Below, one piece after another: positions 41,745-54,757 of a DNA stretch of 64,000 nt (the stretch's first letter is position 1; each line of letters opens with the position of its first letter). Position numbers and translations under genes: made by a program. The DNA lies in contig OZ249436.1 of the NCBI GenBank assembly GCA_965235115.1, forward strand, positions 38,256,001 to 38,320,000. The letters run 5' to 3'. This stretch comes from Laetmonice hystrix. Its lineage: Eukaryota. Under the pieces are notes generated by a model. The model had not been told where the DNA came from. It did no database searches and worked only from the letters and a program-made list of their open reading frames with translations.

Positions 41745-42277
41745 GAGAGAGGGAGAGAGGGAGAGCCTATAGCTCCCCTTATATATGTACATACGCATGG
41801 ATATATTTTGCTCACCAGGTGGCGTCCTTGCTGTTCTGACACTCGGGGATGTGTTGCGGACTATGAGCACTGTCCTGCTGAACCCCATCTTTGCACAAAC
41901 GCTGAAGATCTGGGCCGGCATCACATTCCTTGTCGCAGCCGGCGTCTTTTCGATCGCCAGCATGATGATGGGGTTGGTGCTATGTACTCCTTTAATTGTA
42001 GCAGCTTCTTTATGTCCAACAAAGATTCTACCCATTATCCCTTTATCTTTATTATTATTTTCGTGTATAGGCTGCTGATTGAGTGAATTAGAGGTTGTAT
42101 GCACTGCTCGGCAGTACTTCAGCCATATTCTTGACGATAAGGTGTTTGTAATACCTCATACTCTATACATGCAGCAGACGTTTCCGTTTTTATGTGCTTT
42201 ACATTATTTTGCTCTCTTCCTGCAGGTTTTACGTGTGGAGCGTCAGGCGGCTGAGACCATCTCTGCTTGTTTCGTGA
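39873..42277 (+). CDS. SLC46 family (PCFT/SLC46A3-like) MFS transporter, copy 1, ~465 aa
   Basis: Exons 39873-40980, 41164-41247, 41819-41972, 42226-42277 in phase. VVEP, GSLSDHKGRR (MFS motif A), YAYIA, R..RM..LD, LYEIGKPLCWD; many hydrophobic segments. Confidence 0.92.
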
Positions 42278-42500
42278 AATGTAAAGAAGTCAGCAGAGTT
42301 ATAATCAGGCCTACATAGAGGGTCTAGGCCCCAGAGCCGAATATTTTACATGTTCATGTACAACATCTATGGATCATTTATTTGAATCAAAATTAAATTG
42401 CAAGACCCTTCTATACATTATAATGAACCTTGTTTTGTCAAATGACCAAGTTGGTTAGTACTCGTGGCCACAACGAAGCCGCCACTGTCTGGACTCCTTA

Positions 42501-42765
42501 AGTGCCATTCACACTGACACGATTGTTTCCACGAACTCGTGTTCGTACGAAGTTCGTAAGGCCTTGCGAATTCGTAGGAAAAATTGGAGCAGTGAGGACC
42601 AAGTCCGCACGACTGCTTGCGAATTCACAAGGAGCAGTTTGAATGGAGTTCCTGAGCAAAAAGTCTGGTTCATACGATCATCTACAAACGTCGAAAAGTC
42701 CTTTCGAAGTTCGTACGACGATAAAGTTCGTACGACAAAAAAATCTGCTTAGTGTGAATGGCCCT
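42501..42765. mobile_element. PIF/Harbinger-type MITE
   Basis: TIRs AGTGCCATTCACACT / AGTGTGAATGGCCCT with TTA TSD. Confidence 0.82.
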
Positions 42766-43026
42766 TTACTCGCGCAAAGAGTCAGGTTATCCACGCTACA
42801 GACGCGTGTGTTTATAGCATAACAATAGGACCTACATGCCTTTGCAGGGTGTCTTTCAATCAAAGGGGGGAGGGAGCAACGGAATGATGACATTTATGCT
42901 TACCTCCTCACGATGTACTTGATCGCAATATATGAATGCTTGTCATATTGATTCTGTTAACACATACTATGAGAAGAAACCAGTGATATTCTCTCTGCTG
43001 TTGAGGGAAGTAGAAAAACTCGAATA

Positions 43027-46000
43027 CTTCTTTCCAGGTAGAATAGACATTTATAATAAAAGAAAACATTTTATACCTGTAGCGTGTACATATGTGCTGC
43101 CTTCAGGCAGAACATTCAGTTGCCTTGCTTTAAATACCTCGCCCTTTGAGGAGATGTTCCTCAAATAATTCTGAAAGGCACTGGAATGTATCTCCTTGTG
43201 GTAATGTTTTTTTCTTCATTTACTAGTTTACAATTTTTATTTTCCATCCCAATTAGTCATATTCATTAACAACATTCGTCGTCTGAATCAGTTTGCGTTA
43301 GGAGACTATTCTTCATTATTCAATTACCCCGCTCTGAGAGCAGGGATGCAAAAATTCGTCTATAGACTCATTGTAATGTTCCTCCCCACGGAAATCTTTA
43401 GTAAAAGGCGAAAGATTTATACGTGGAATGAGGAGAAACGTGAGTTCTCTGATTTACTGAAGAGGGGAAGTTTCGAGTGGTTCAAGTACCTAACTCATCA
43501 AGAATGGTGTATTTTCATCTACGAAGGTTTCATTTTTTCATTTGGGAATACTGAAAGGATAATGCCCTTAGGTCTGAGATAAGGTATCCAAGCTTGCTAT
43601 TTTCACAATAAATGCTGATTTAGAAGAAGGAACTTTTCTTTTTCTTCGTTATGATAAAACAACATGTATATGAACTTTTGTCATCAGCAATACCTTGGTT
43701 TACTGACGGTGACCACAGCGCCACCTAGCCTTGTGCACTGAAGGCCGTCTGGCGACAACGTGTCAAACCGCTCCCTGGCCGACTTATTGCACAGCAAAAG
43801 TGCCCAATTTGCGCCATGGCCCAGATCAAATGACAAAATATGCTAAGAATAGAGTATCTTGAAAGGCAGTCTGCCTTGAACAACGACTGCAAAATTTATT
43901 TGTCTTAGACGCATTGGTTTTGTCAAATTGATCCATACATCCAGACCATGAAAAGAATACAGACGCTATAAGGCATGTGTGTGTAGCTGATCTTTAGGAC
44001 AACGGGACTATACCTCTTTTGTTACCGCGCCCGTCCAGGGGCACATCGCATGTTTGTTTTATTTGTTTCTTTCCAGGCAGAATAGACATTTATCATGAAA
44101 AGAAAACATTTTATACCTGTAGCGTGTACTATATGCTGCCTTCAGGCAGAACATTCAGTTGCCTTGCTTTAAATACCTCGCCCTTTGAGGAGATGTTCCT
44201 AAAATAATTCTGAAAGGCACTGGAATGTATTGCCTTGTGGTAATCTTTTTTTCGTCATTTACTATCTTACAATTTTTATTTTTCCATCTTATTTAGGTCT
44301 ATTTACAAACAACATTGGTCGTCTGAATCAGTTTGCGTTAGGAGACTATTCTTCATTATTCAATTACCCCGCTTTGAGAGCAGGGATGCAAAAATTCGTC
44401 TATAGACTCATTGTAATGTTCCTCCCCACGGAAATCTTTAGTAAAAGGCGAAAGATTTATACGTGGAATGAGGAGAAACGTGAGTTCTCTGATTTACTGA
44501 AGAGGGGAAGTGTCGAGTGGTTCAAGTACCTAACTCATCAAGAATGGTGTATTTTCATCTACGAAGGTTTCATTTTTTCATTTGGGAATACTGAAAGGAT
44601 AATGCCCTTAGGTCTAAGATAATGTATCCAAGCTTGCTATTTTCACAATAAATGCTGATTTAGAAGAAGGAACTTTTCTTTTTCTAAATGATAAAACAAC
44701 ATGTATATGAACTTTTGTCATCAGCAATACCTTGGTTTACTGACGGTGATCACAGCGCCACCTAGCCTTGTGCACTGAAGGCCGTCTGACGACAACGCGT
44801 CAAACCGCTCTCCGGCCGACTTATTGCACAGCAAAAGTGCCCAATTTGCGCCATGGCCCAGATCAAATGACAAAATATGCTAAGAATAGAGTATCTTGAA
44901 AGGCAGTCTGCCTTGAACAACGACTGCAAAATTTATTTGTCTTAGACGCATTGGTTTTGTCAAATTGATCCATACATCCAGACCATGAAAAGAATACAGA
45001 CGCTATAAGGCATGTGTGTGTAGCTGATCTTTAGGACAACGGGACTACCTCTTTTGTCACCGCGCCCGTCCAGGGGCACATCGCATGTTTGTTTTATTTG
45101 TTTCTTTCCAGGCAGAATAGACATTTATTATAAAAAGAAAACATTTTATACCTGTAGCGTGTACTATATGCTGCCTTCAGGCAGAACATTCAGTTGCCTT
45201 GCTTTAAATACCTCGCCCTTTGAGGAGATGTTCCTAAAATAATTCTGAAAGGCACTGGAATGTATTTCCTTGTGGTAATCTTTTTTTCGTCATTTACTAT
45301 CTTACAATTTTTATTTTTCCATCTTATTTAGGCCTATTTACAAACAACATTGGTCGTCTGAATCAGTTTGCGTTAGGAGACTATTCTTCATTATTCAATT
45401 ACCCCGCTTTGAGAGCAGGGATGCAAAAATTCGTCTATAGACTCATTGTAATGTTCCTCCCCACGGAAATCTTTAGTAAAAGGCGAAAGATTTATACGTG
45501 GAATGAGGAGAAACGTGAGTTCTCTGATTTACTGAAGAGGGGAAGTGTCGAGTGGTTCAAGTACCTAACTCATCAAGAATGGTGTATTTTCATCTACGAA
45601 GGTTTCATTTTTTCATTTGGGAATACTGAAAGGATAATGCCCTTAGGTCTAAGATAATGTATCCAAGCTTGCTATTTTCACAATAAATGCTGATTTAGAA
45701 GAAGGAACTTTTCTTTTTCTAAATGATAAAACAACATGTATATGAACTTTTGTCATCAGCAATACCTTGGTTTACTGACGGTGATCACAGCGCCACCTAG
45801 CCTTGTGCACTGAAGGCCGTCTGACGACAACGCGTCAAACCGCTCTCCGGCCGACTTATTGCACAGCAAAAGTGCCCAATTTGCGCCATGGCCCAGATCA
45901 AATGACAAAATATGCTAAGAATAGAGTATCTTGAAAGGCAGTCTGCCTTGAACAACGACTGCAAAATTTATTTGTCTTAGACGCATTGGTTTTGTCAAAT

Positions 46001-47062
46001 TGATCCATACATCCAGACCATGAAAAGAATACAGACGCTATAAGGCATGTGTGTGTAGCTGATCTTTAGGACAACGGGACTACCTCTTTTGTCACCGCGC
46101 CCGTCCAGGGGCACATCGCATGTTTGTTTTATTTGTTTCTTTCCAGGCAGAATAGACATTTATTATAAAAAGAAAACATTTTATACCTGTAGCGTGTACT
46201 ATATGCTGCCTTCAGGCAGAACATTCAGTTGCCTTGCTTTAAATACCTCGCCCTTTGAGGAGATGTTCCTAAAATAATTCTGAAAGGCACTGGAATGTAT
46301 TTCCTTGTGGTAATCTTTTTTTCGTCATTTACTATCTTACAATTTTTATTTTTCCATCTTATTTAGGCCTATTTACAAACAACATTGGTCGTCTGAATCA
46401 GTTTGCGTTAGGAGACTATTCTTCATTATTCAATTACCCCGCTTTGAGAGCAGGGATGCAAAAATTCGTCTATAGACTCATTGTAATGTTCCTCCCCACG
46501 GAAATCTTTAGTAAAAGGCGAAAGATTTATACGTGGAATGAGGAGAAACGTGAGTTCTCTGATTTACTGAAGAGGGGAAGTGTCGAGTGGTTCAAGTACC
46601 TAACTCATCAAGAATGGTGTATTTTCATCTACGAAGGTTTCATTTTTTTCATTTGGGAATACTGAAAGGATAATGCCCTTAGGTCTAAGATAAGGTATCC
46701 AAGCTTGCTATTTTCACAATAAATGCTGATTTAGAAGAAGGAACTTTTCTTTTTCTTCGTTATGATAAAACAACATAGGCCTAATATGTTTATGAACTTC
46801 TGTCATCAGCAATACCTTGGTTTACTGACGGTGCTCCCCGGCCGACTTATTGCACAGCAAAAGTGGCCACTTTGCGCCATGGCCCAGATCAAATGATAAA
46901 ATATATGCTAAGAATAGAGTATCTTGAAGGGCAGTCTGCCTTGAACAACGACTGCAAAATTGACTTGTCTTAGACGCATTGATGGTTTTGTCAAATTGAT
47001 CCATACATCCAGACCATGTCTGGAATGTAGTATCTCCTTGTGGTAATCTTAATTTCTTCATT
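43027..47062. repeat. Tandem array of a ~1035-bp unit, ~4 copies
   Basis: TTTCCAGG(C/T)AGAATAGACATTT recurs at ~43031, 44070, 45105, 46140; middle copies nearly identical, last copy has an internal deletion. Confidence 0.95.
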
Positions 47063-47077
47063 TAGGCCTACGTACTA

Positions 47078-48645
47078 CACTGTAAAGAAATTCTTGTAAT
47101 ATTTAGGCTACATTAAATTACTGGGAGCTGATTCGCCTGCCCTGAAGGAAGTGTCTACTGACACAGTACTGTGTCAATAATAAGTAAGTCAGCTGCTATC
47201 GATACCGTCCAATCACTAACGACGTTAGAACTTAGGCCGTCACTAGGTCACGTGACATTCCCGCGTCCATAGCCGCGCCATCGGGGATAGGCCCTACATG
47301 AAGAAGCATCCCGAGGCGGTCATCAGAAAGGGAATCAAGTGAGTATGGCGACCGTGATATCTAGGAAGGATCTCTGTGTGTACAGTACTGTGTCATTAAG
47401 GATAGGACTAGGGGTCACTGGGTGTACAGTACTGTGTCAGTAAGGATGGAAATTGCTGGGGGTTTAGTAGCCTATCTTGTCAATAAGGATAGGGAGTAGA
47501 CTCTACATAGGCCTACTTGCGATGTGTCTGTTTCAAAAATATAATTTTTGATTCATGAAATTTGGTGATCAGGGATGAAATGCGTCCTATGGAAATATAT
47601 ATTACATAATTTTGGATCGATGAAATTTAATTTTAAAACTTAATCACTTTGTTACAGGTGTACCTACAACAAATATGCGTACACTCCGGAGAACCTTGGG
47701 TTCGTACACTGGGAAAGCATCTCCATCAACACTGCACTGCATCTAACTGCCATTCAACTACATGCTGGTGATGACGACCTATGATTGGAAGCATCAGCCA
47801 ACTGATCCAGCTCTGGTTGGGGTGGGCGCTACACTTAAAATGCCCAGCGATCAAGGATTGCATCCATATTTACTGACAGATTAGTATGAAGCCAGAATAC
47901 GCCTGCTGTTAAGAGAGTTTCACCTAAATGGCAGTTTCGTCTGCGTATCTTTAAGGGCAAATAATATTACATTATGTACTTACATTATGTACAATTAATA
48001 AACCATTCGTGTATAGGCCTACGTCAATTGCAGAATGAAGTCTTAGTCTCTTATCGCCTAATCGGCCGACCCAATCTGATTTGTGTGGTGTAATCTGGCA
48101 CTCCTGCTAAATATCAAGCAGTAGCCTACTTGTCATAACAACTGTCGGTAACTGAACGTTTCATACCTCTGCTTCTAATCAGAAGTTTGAGTAATCTCAC
48201 GGTCAACTTGAAGTTAAAAGCTTAGTTAAAATGCTGGAACAAACATACTGATTAATTTGTCTTTGACACGGTAGCACCGAATTGCTTACTACTGATCAAT
48301 ACGGTACTCTGTCAGTAGACACGTCCTATAATTTATCAATAGATCTCCTTATACATCGATATTTTTCTCTTTTCTCCCTCATTTTGTTACCCCCCCCTAC
48401 ATTTCGCAACTCGTGTCTAGCCCTGAAATAGACAACGCACATGAATTTTGATACGGATAGTAGACCCATTACTCGTTATTGACACAGTACTGTAGTCTAA
48501 TTATAAACCCACATATCATTATGAGGGATGTAACACACGTCCCTATTGCTACTGTGTCAATAACCTTTCTTGCAGCTTATTGACACAGTACTGTGCGAAA
48601 TGGCATTAGTGCGACCAGTTATTGGCGCAGTACTGTGTCAGTAGC
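47078..48645. mobile_element. Degenerate DNA-transposon relic (CACTA/EnSpm-like) with palindromic subterminal repeats
   Basis: Starts CACTGTAAAGAAA; the TGACACAGTACTGTGTCA palindrome or half-copies cluster at 47159-47440 and 48480-48640; right terminus not resolved. Confidence 0.45.
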
Positions 48646-49289
48646 CATTGCCATAACTTAATGTGAAAATTGGCGAATCGTATACACTGCTGGCACTTTG
48701 CTCCTCCTTCATTCTTAACACACTCGGTCAATAAAAATTGGATTGTTACACATTTTAGTATCAGCGTCAAGATAAATAATTTGATAATGTACTACGTTAT
48801 TTTATGAATGGTAGATAAAAGGACATATCTCCTCTATACACGAACAACAGGCTTGACCCAGTTAACTTTAAGAATGTTCCAAAGCCTAATCAAACCCAAC
48901 CGTCAGATTGGATACTCCAGCATTTTTCATGATATTGGCCATAAATCTCAAACTGCAGCAAGGTATATATCACCTAATTATATTGATCTCCAGGAATGAT
49001 TGGCTTCAGAGGGGCGGACCCAAAGCTGTTTCTTGACTGGTTTCCAATATGGCCGTGCTAGACATTCTTATTGTTGTTGTTTTTTTTGGAGGGGGGGGGG
49101 GGGCTAAACCGTGAAACACCCCTGGATCCGCCCCTGCTTATGATCCTTTCAACCATTGTACTTTTTATATCATTTAATAGTACAATCTCTTTACAATTCA
49201 ACATTATCTCTAAAGCACGTGAATGCTCTTATTGATGACGTCCTCTAATAAAATCTATAAAAGGTCACTACTTGCTGTGAGCCACTTAA

Positions 49290-50864
49290 AGGAATGCTTT
49301 TCTCGAGCTAAATCATATTTAGAATTGAAGAAGGCATAATTCTACAACCCATGTTATTTTTTTAACATCAAACAGTTTATATTATATTGTCAAAAAGAAC
49401 TTGAATGCAGATTCATAGTCGCCGCCATTGGCGCACCGCGCGCCCTCTTGCGGCAATAATAGCAATGACTTGGCTACATCTTTGACTACGTCACGAAGGG
49501 ACTCACTCAGCCCTGGATATGCCTCGGCCCTCGTTAAACAAGTGTTGACAAGTAGGCGGTCTGCTCATGTAGCGACCTGATAGTTTAAATAGGGACCTGT
49601 TAAATACGTTTCGGCAATGATATCTAGTTCTATAGTGTATTTATTTTAATAGTGGCCCACAAAAGTGAGACGGGTTCGTCAGAACCCTCGGAACCCCCGC
49701 CCCCTCCCCCGGATACATCCATCATCCATAGACATAGCCATACCATAGCATTAGCCTAAGGAAGTAGGCCGAAAATATGCCCTAGCCGGTTTCCAAGATA
49801 ATATAAGCTATGGAGGTAGGCCCTATATACACGTATGTAGGGCCGTATCTAGAAATTTCTGAGGGGGGGGGGCAGCAGTAGCAGTAGGCTACTAGTAGTA
49901 GTAGATCTAGGCCCAAGCCTTGCTACAGTAGGCCGGTCACGCCCACGGGTTGTCTCGGAAAACTGGTCTTTGGTAAATACTCCCCCCCCCCCTCAGAATT
50001 TTCAAAGTGTAAATTGGTGGTATATTGGGCCGTTTGTCCCCTCCTTCAGCCAATTTACTAATCACTGCCACTGCACTGGTGACGGGACAGTAGAAATACT
50101 AGAATGAGATTAGATCTACGGCGGGCCTAGACTAGGGATTATAGTCACTAGACTGCACTCTCGACTCTAGTCACAGCAGAAACGGAGTCTAGCCACTCTA
50201 GGCCTAATCAGTTAGGCAGAAGTTTAAGACTGACAAGTTTAGTTAGTCACAGAAAAAAATCGAGACATTCACACTATGCGGGTAGAATAGTCTGAGCACA
50301 GCAGGTGGATCGCTGTTGGAACAAATCCACTTTACTTTAGCTTAGCCTTAGCTTAGCCTTAGCTTAGGCCTACCTCGACGCATGTTGTGCACCATCCTCC
50401 CCCGCTCGGTTGTGCACCCACCTCTTCAGAATTATTTATTTTAGAGCGGAAAGCATGAAAGCTCCTTTGTTGATCCAAATTCTTAACCCAGTTTCGGTTG
50501 TTACAACCCCACTGCCGCACAAAGTCCTGGAATACTCCTTGTTGTGGGCCAAACTCGCGGTAAGTTTAGCTAGTCTACGCCTTCAGTCTACGCTGTAGGC
50601 CTAGGCCTACCAAAGTTGTTGTCCCTTCATGACGTCACTACCAGCATTTTGCCAGGTGGCAGCTATAGTTCTGTAGATTTCCGCAAGGCGTCAGCATGTG
50701 TCCTTTTTGCAAGATGGCGAAAAGACTATCAACTACTAAGTCCCGTTTTTGATTAATAATCATTAATTACAAGTGCAGCCTAAAAATATGAATATGGTAT
50801 AGACGGGCTCTAGTACTATCAAGTTAACATCTGATAACTCAATAAGCAGGAGAAGAGTGTTCCT
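49290..50864 (-). mobile_element. Kolobok-like element with a degenerate THAP domain
   Basis: TTAA on both flanks, imperfect TIRs AGGAATGCTTTTCTCGAGCT / AGCAGGAGAAGAGTGTTCCT; frameshifted minus-strand CAAVG/CNNR..SFHAF..LKRWVHN..FVPTAIHLLCSD at ~50285-50530. Confidence 0.7.
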
Positions 50865-51106
50865 TTAAGATTTAATACACCTAAGGCACCGCCCCTTAAA
50901 ACGTCACATTATAGGCCTATAAGTAAAATACATTTACGAATTCCAAATTTAAACGCTCTCTAATTGAGGCCCGCACAATTCGCTTGCACAGGCAATTTGC
51001 TTGCAGGGGGCCGTTCTTTTGAACGAACATTAATCCCGACCCATAGTTGGATTGGTGTTATCTAGAAAGTTTCTGTTTGGTTCACTTTTCAACCTCACAG
51101 CATTAA

Positions 51107-53455
51107 ATGGAGGATTCGGACACACAGCCTATCGTAGAGACCTCTGGCCGGAAACAGAGACTGGTTGTCGTGGAACCCGCCCTCGCTATCTTCATGCTGG
51201 CGTACGGGTGTATGACAACTGTGCGAACACAATTCGTTAAACAAAGGGTGACTGAAGATCTTGGCTTCGACAACTCTTCTCACAAACATTGTGACGTCAA
51301 TGAAACAGAGGCTTCGACGGGCCAGGACCTGATTGAGAGCACGAGTGCCAACTGGTTAATGTACATCGCCCTGCTGAAAGTCGTTCCTATGGTCCTTGTT
51401 ACGTTGTTCTTCGGGTCCCTCAGCGACCATAAAGGCCGGCGGATCTGCCTGATCCTCCCACCAATAGGAACCCTACTTGGGGCTCTTGCAGACATTTTTG
51501 TGATAGCTTTTGATCTTCCATTGGGTTATCTCTTCTTTGAGGTCATTGAGAACTTTTTTGGTGGCCAGTTGGTGATGACCATCGGTTGCTATGCTTACAT
51601 AGCTGAGAGCGTGTCCCTTGAAGACCGATCTGTTCGAATGACAATACTGGATGTGCTGATTCTTCTTGCCACGGGGATCTCCAACCTAGGTGTCGGCTAT
51701 TGGATCAAAGCTTCCGGGTTCTTATGGCCATTTGCCTTTGTTGCTGCCGGTAGTTGTTTTTCGCTCGTGTACAGCATAATATTTGTGCCAGATATCTCTG
51801 GACGAGAAAAGCGGAGTGATGGACAAGAGCAAGAGGCCAACTCGAGATTTGGTTTTCTCAAGTCATCACCTAAGCACTTCATCCTCGGCGTGAAGTATTT
51901 CATGAAAAAAGATGCTTCTGGTCGGAGATGGAAGCTGCAGCTGCTGTTCTGGACGTACGCTGTCTCTGAGCTGGTATCTACTGACAAACTTCTCACCCTA
52001 TACGAGATCGGCAAACCTCTGTGCTGGGATTCCTCGTACGTCGGGCTCTTCTCCTTCTACTCGTTCATGGTGAAGGCTGTGCTCATGTTGGTGTTTGTGT
52101 TCGTCCTCAGACGCCTCGTGTCACCTGATTGGCTGGCTCTCGGCGGCAGGCTCTCCTCCACCATAGAACATATCTACATGGCCTTCTGTACAACTACTGC
52201 CATGATGTATTTCAGTAAGGATTCCACAATGCCTCGTTTCCTCCTTATACATACATGTAACATTTGATCAAATGAGCAAGTCAGCGCATGGCTGAGTGAA
52301 ACAACCTAAAACCAAGTTTTGTTGCTTTTATCATTAATGCATATTATGTTACATGTATACATATATTTGACAGTTGCCTACATGTTTATTTTAATGATCT
52401 GCATCCCTCAGTTCCTATTTTGGGCGGTATGAACCGTATGACGGGACCAATGATCAAAGTTCTCATGGCTGGCTTGGTAGAGAAAAATGAACTAGGTACG
52501 TATGCATGCATGTTTCTTGCGAAGCTCTGGACGTAGTTCTCTTGTGTCCCTTTAAAGATAAGGCCCGTTCACATGCACATAGCCGGTGACAAACAGATGT
52601 GTCTAGCTCGACGCGGTGTACCGATGCCCCCCCCCCCCCCACCTCCCCATGTGACCCCGATGTCAACCTGATGTGATCCCGATTTCGTCCAAAAGAACCG
52701 GAAACTGGCGTAGCTATAGGGTTCCCTAGAGCTGCAAACTGTTGTCCGACGTTTCCCTACGTTTCTCGATGTATCACAATATGTCCTAATATCCCCCATG
52801 TTACCCTGATTTTAGAAACCTCGGGAGATCTAGGTGAAGGCGATGCATACATAGAAAGAGCATTTTGCCGTGCACTTCGTGTTTTCTGATATATCGTTTT
52901 ATTTCCATAACCATGGAATGATAGAGAAACGGTGGCTGGGTGGGCAGGAAAGCCCGAACCTTTTTAGCCGAATGCCTGCTTCTTTTCTTAGCAAGTGCGG
53001 TGGCGCACATTATAGACCTATAGGTTCCCTTATCTATGTACATGTATACGCACGGATATATTTTGGTCACCAGGCGGCGTCCTTGCTGTTCTGACACTCG
53101 GGGATGTGTTGCGGACCACGAGCACTGTCCTGCTGAACCCTATCTTTGCAAAAACGCTGAAGATCTGGGCCGGCATCACATTCCTTATCGCAGCCGGCGT
53201 CTACGCCAGCACCGCCATGATGATGGGGTTGGTTTACTACTTTTTGAATCATTTTATCCTTGTTTTGTCCATCAGACCCTACAAGGCCTATTGTCTCAAG
53301 ACTTAAGACATATCTTAAGACATTATTAAGATATTCTCATTAAGATCTCGAGGTACATTGTATCTCCCTTGTTGTCTTACATTCTGTTCGTCTCTTCCTG
53401 TAGGTTTTACGTGTGGAGCGTCAGGAGGCACAGGTCGTCTTCGCTTGTTTTATGA
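51107..53455 (+). CDS. SLC46 family (PCFT/SLC46A3-like) MFS transporter, copy 2, ~465 aa
   Basis: Exons 51107-52214, 52412-52495, 53074-53227, 53404-53455; same exon sizes as copy 1 and an intact frame. Confidence 0.92.
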
Positions 53456-54757
53456 AGTACGCCTACGAAATCGGCTGAATACCAGTTATAATGCTTGGAT
53501 GAGCAATAATTACAGGAGCAGATCCAGGATTGTGGAAGCATGCACAAAGTTTATCGAGGCCAGATGAGACTGAATTCAAGAATAGGAAGGGTGGGGGGTG
53601 TAAGGGTTAGGGATAAGGTCAGGGCTATAGATCTTTACTTTCTTCCAAATTTCCTAATTGTAAACCTGTAGGACGTAAGCAAACATTGGGTAACTGATAA
53701 TATTCTATTTCACCGGTTTCAGATATGCTCGATTGTGGCAGTATTTTTCTCACATTTGCCAGAACGATTATACCTACCGGTATATAGACTCACGATACCA
53801 CTCCTCTCATCTTTATCAATACAAACGCGTTCATGGCTGCATGAGCGGATGAGGTCAGGACAATAATCGAAGATGGTGGTCTGGCTTTACCTACGATCAG
53901 ATAGAGGATCTTGGTAGAATTAATATTATAATTAATAAATTTCAATACTATACTTTATCATTGCAATTCTTATACATGTGTAAAATATAATTTCAGCATC
54001 TGTTTTTTTCAAGGTTAGACCCCTATTCATGAGGGCTGAAACGATACACTTCTGTCACGATACGATACGTGTCATGATACATGACAAACGATACGATACG
54101 TATCACGACATTTCTCAATGAAACTAAAAGTGGAATAAAATGCATCTGTTTAAATTTCAAATTAAACATTTTAATAGCTGAGAGGGGGCAAACAGTGCCT
54201 TATATCCTTACATTATGCATAGCTTTCAGCTAAATATCGCAATGCACCGCTATACCAATGAATCGGTATTCATTGAGAAAGACTGAAAAATTTAACCATG
54301 CTATTGCTAACGTATGTAGGCCCACTCGGTACCATAATGGCAACGACTGAAATGCTATTTTTGGACTAGTGAAGGGTAGGCCTACACCTCATGTGGCAAG
54401 AAGGTCAAAGTTCAAAGTCGAGGGCCTGAAACGTCATCGGTAACCAGGGCAATTTTTATCTGATTTTTTTTTTCAGTGTTGTAAAAATGATACAACCAAA
54501 GCCCATTAGCGCATAGGTAGGATATTTATGTTTCTTGACACAAATATAGCACGTGGCGGCCTGCTAGGCCTAATCTTCTGACCCTTAATTAAAGGGGGGG
54601 GGGGCGCTTTGTCCCGCCTAGAGTAGGGTAGGGCAAAGCTCCCTCTTCCGTTAGCGTGAAAATTTGATTTTTCTTTTAAAGATTCCGTCAGATGAGGGTT
54701 TCGAGTTTCGACGTCGAGCATGACATGATGTCGTCGTGGTGACTATGCCTAAAATGA

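Noticed and set aside
43346..46665. Repeated MQKFVYRL... ORFs as a gene family
   Set aside because: By-product of the 1035-bp array; frameshifted in the last copy, no known domain.
47247..47256. CLEAR/TFEB motif GTCACGTGAC for SLC46 copy 2
   Set aside because: Single site inside a probable transposon relic, ~3.9 kb from the ATG.
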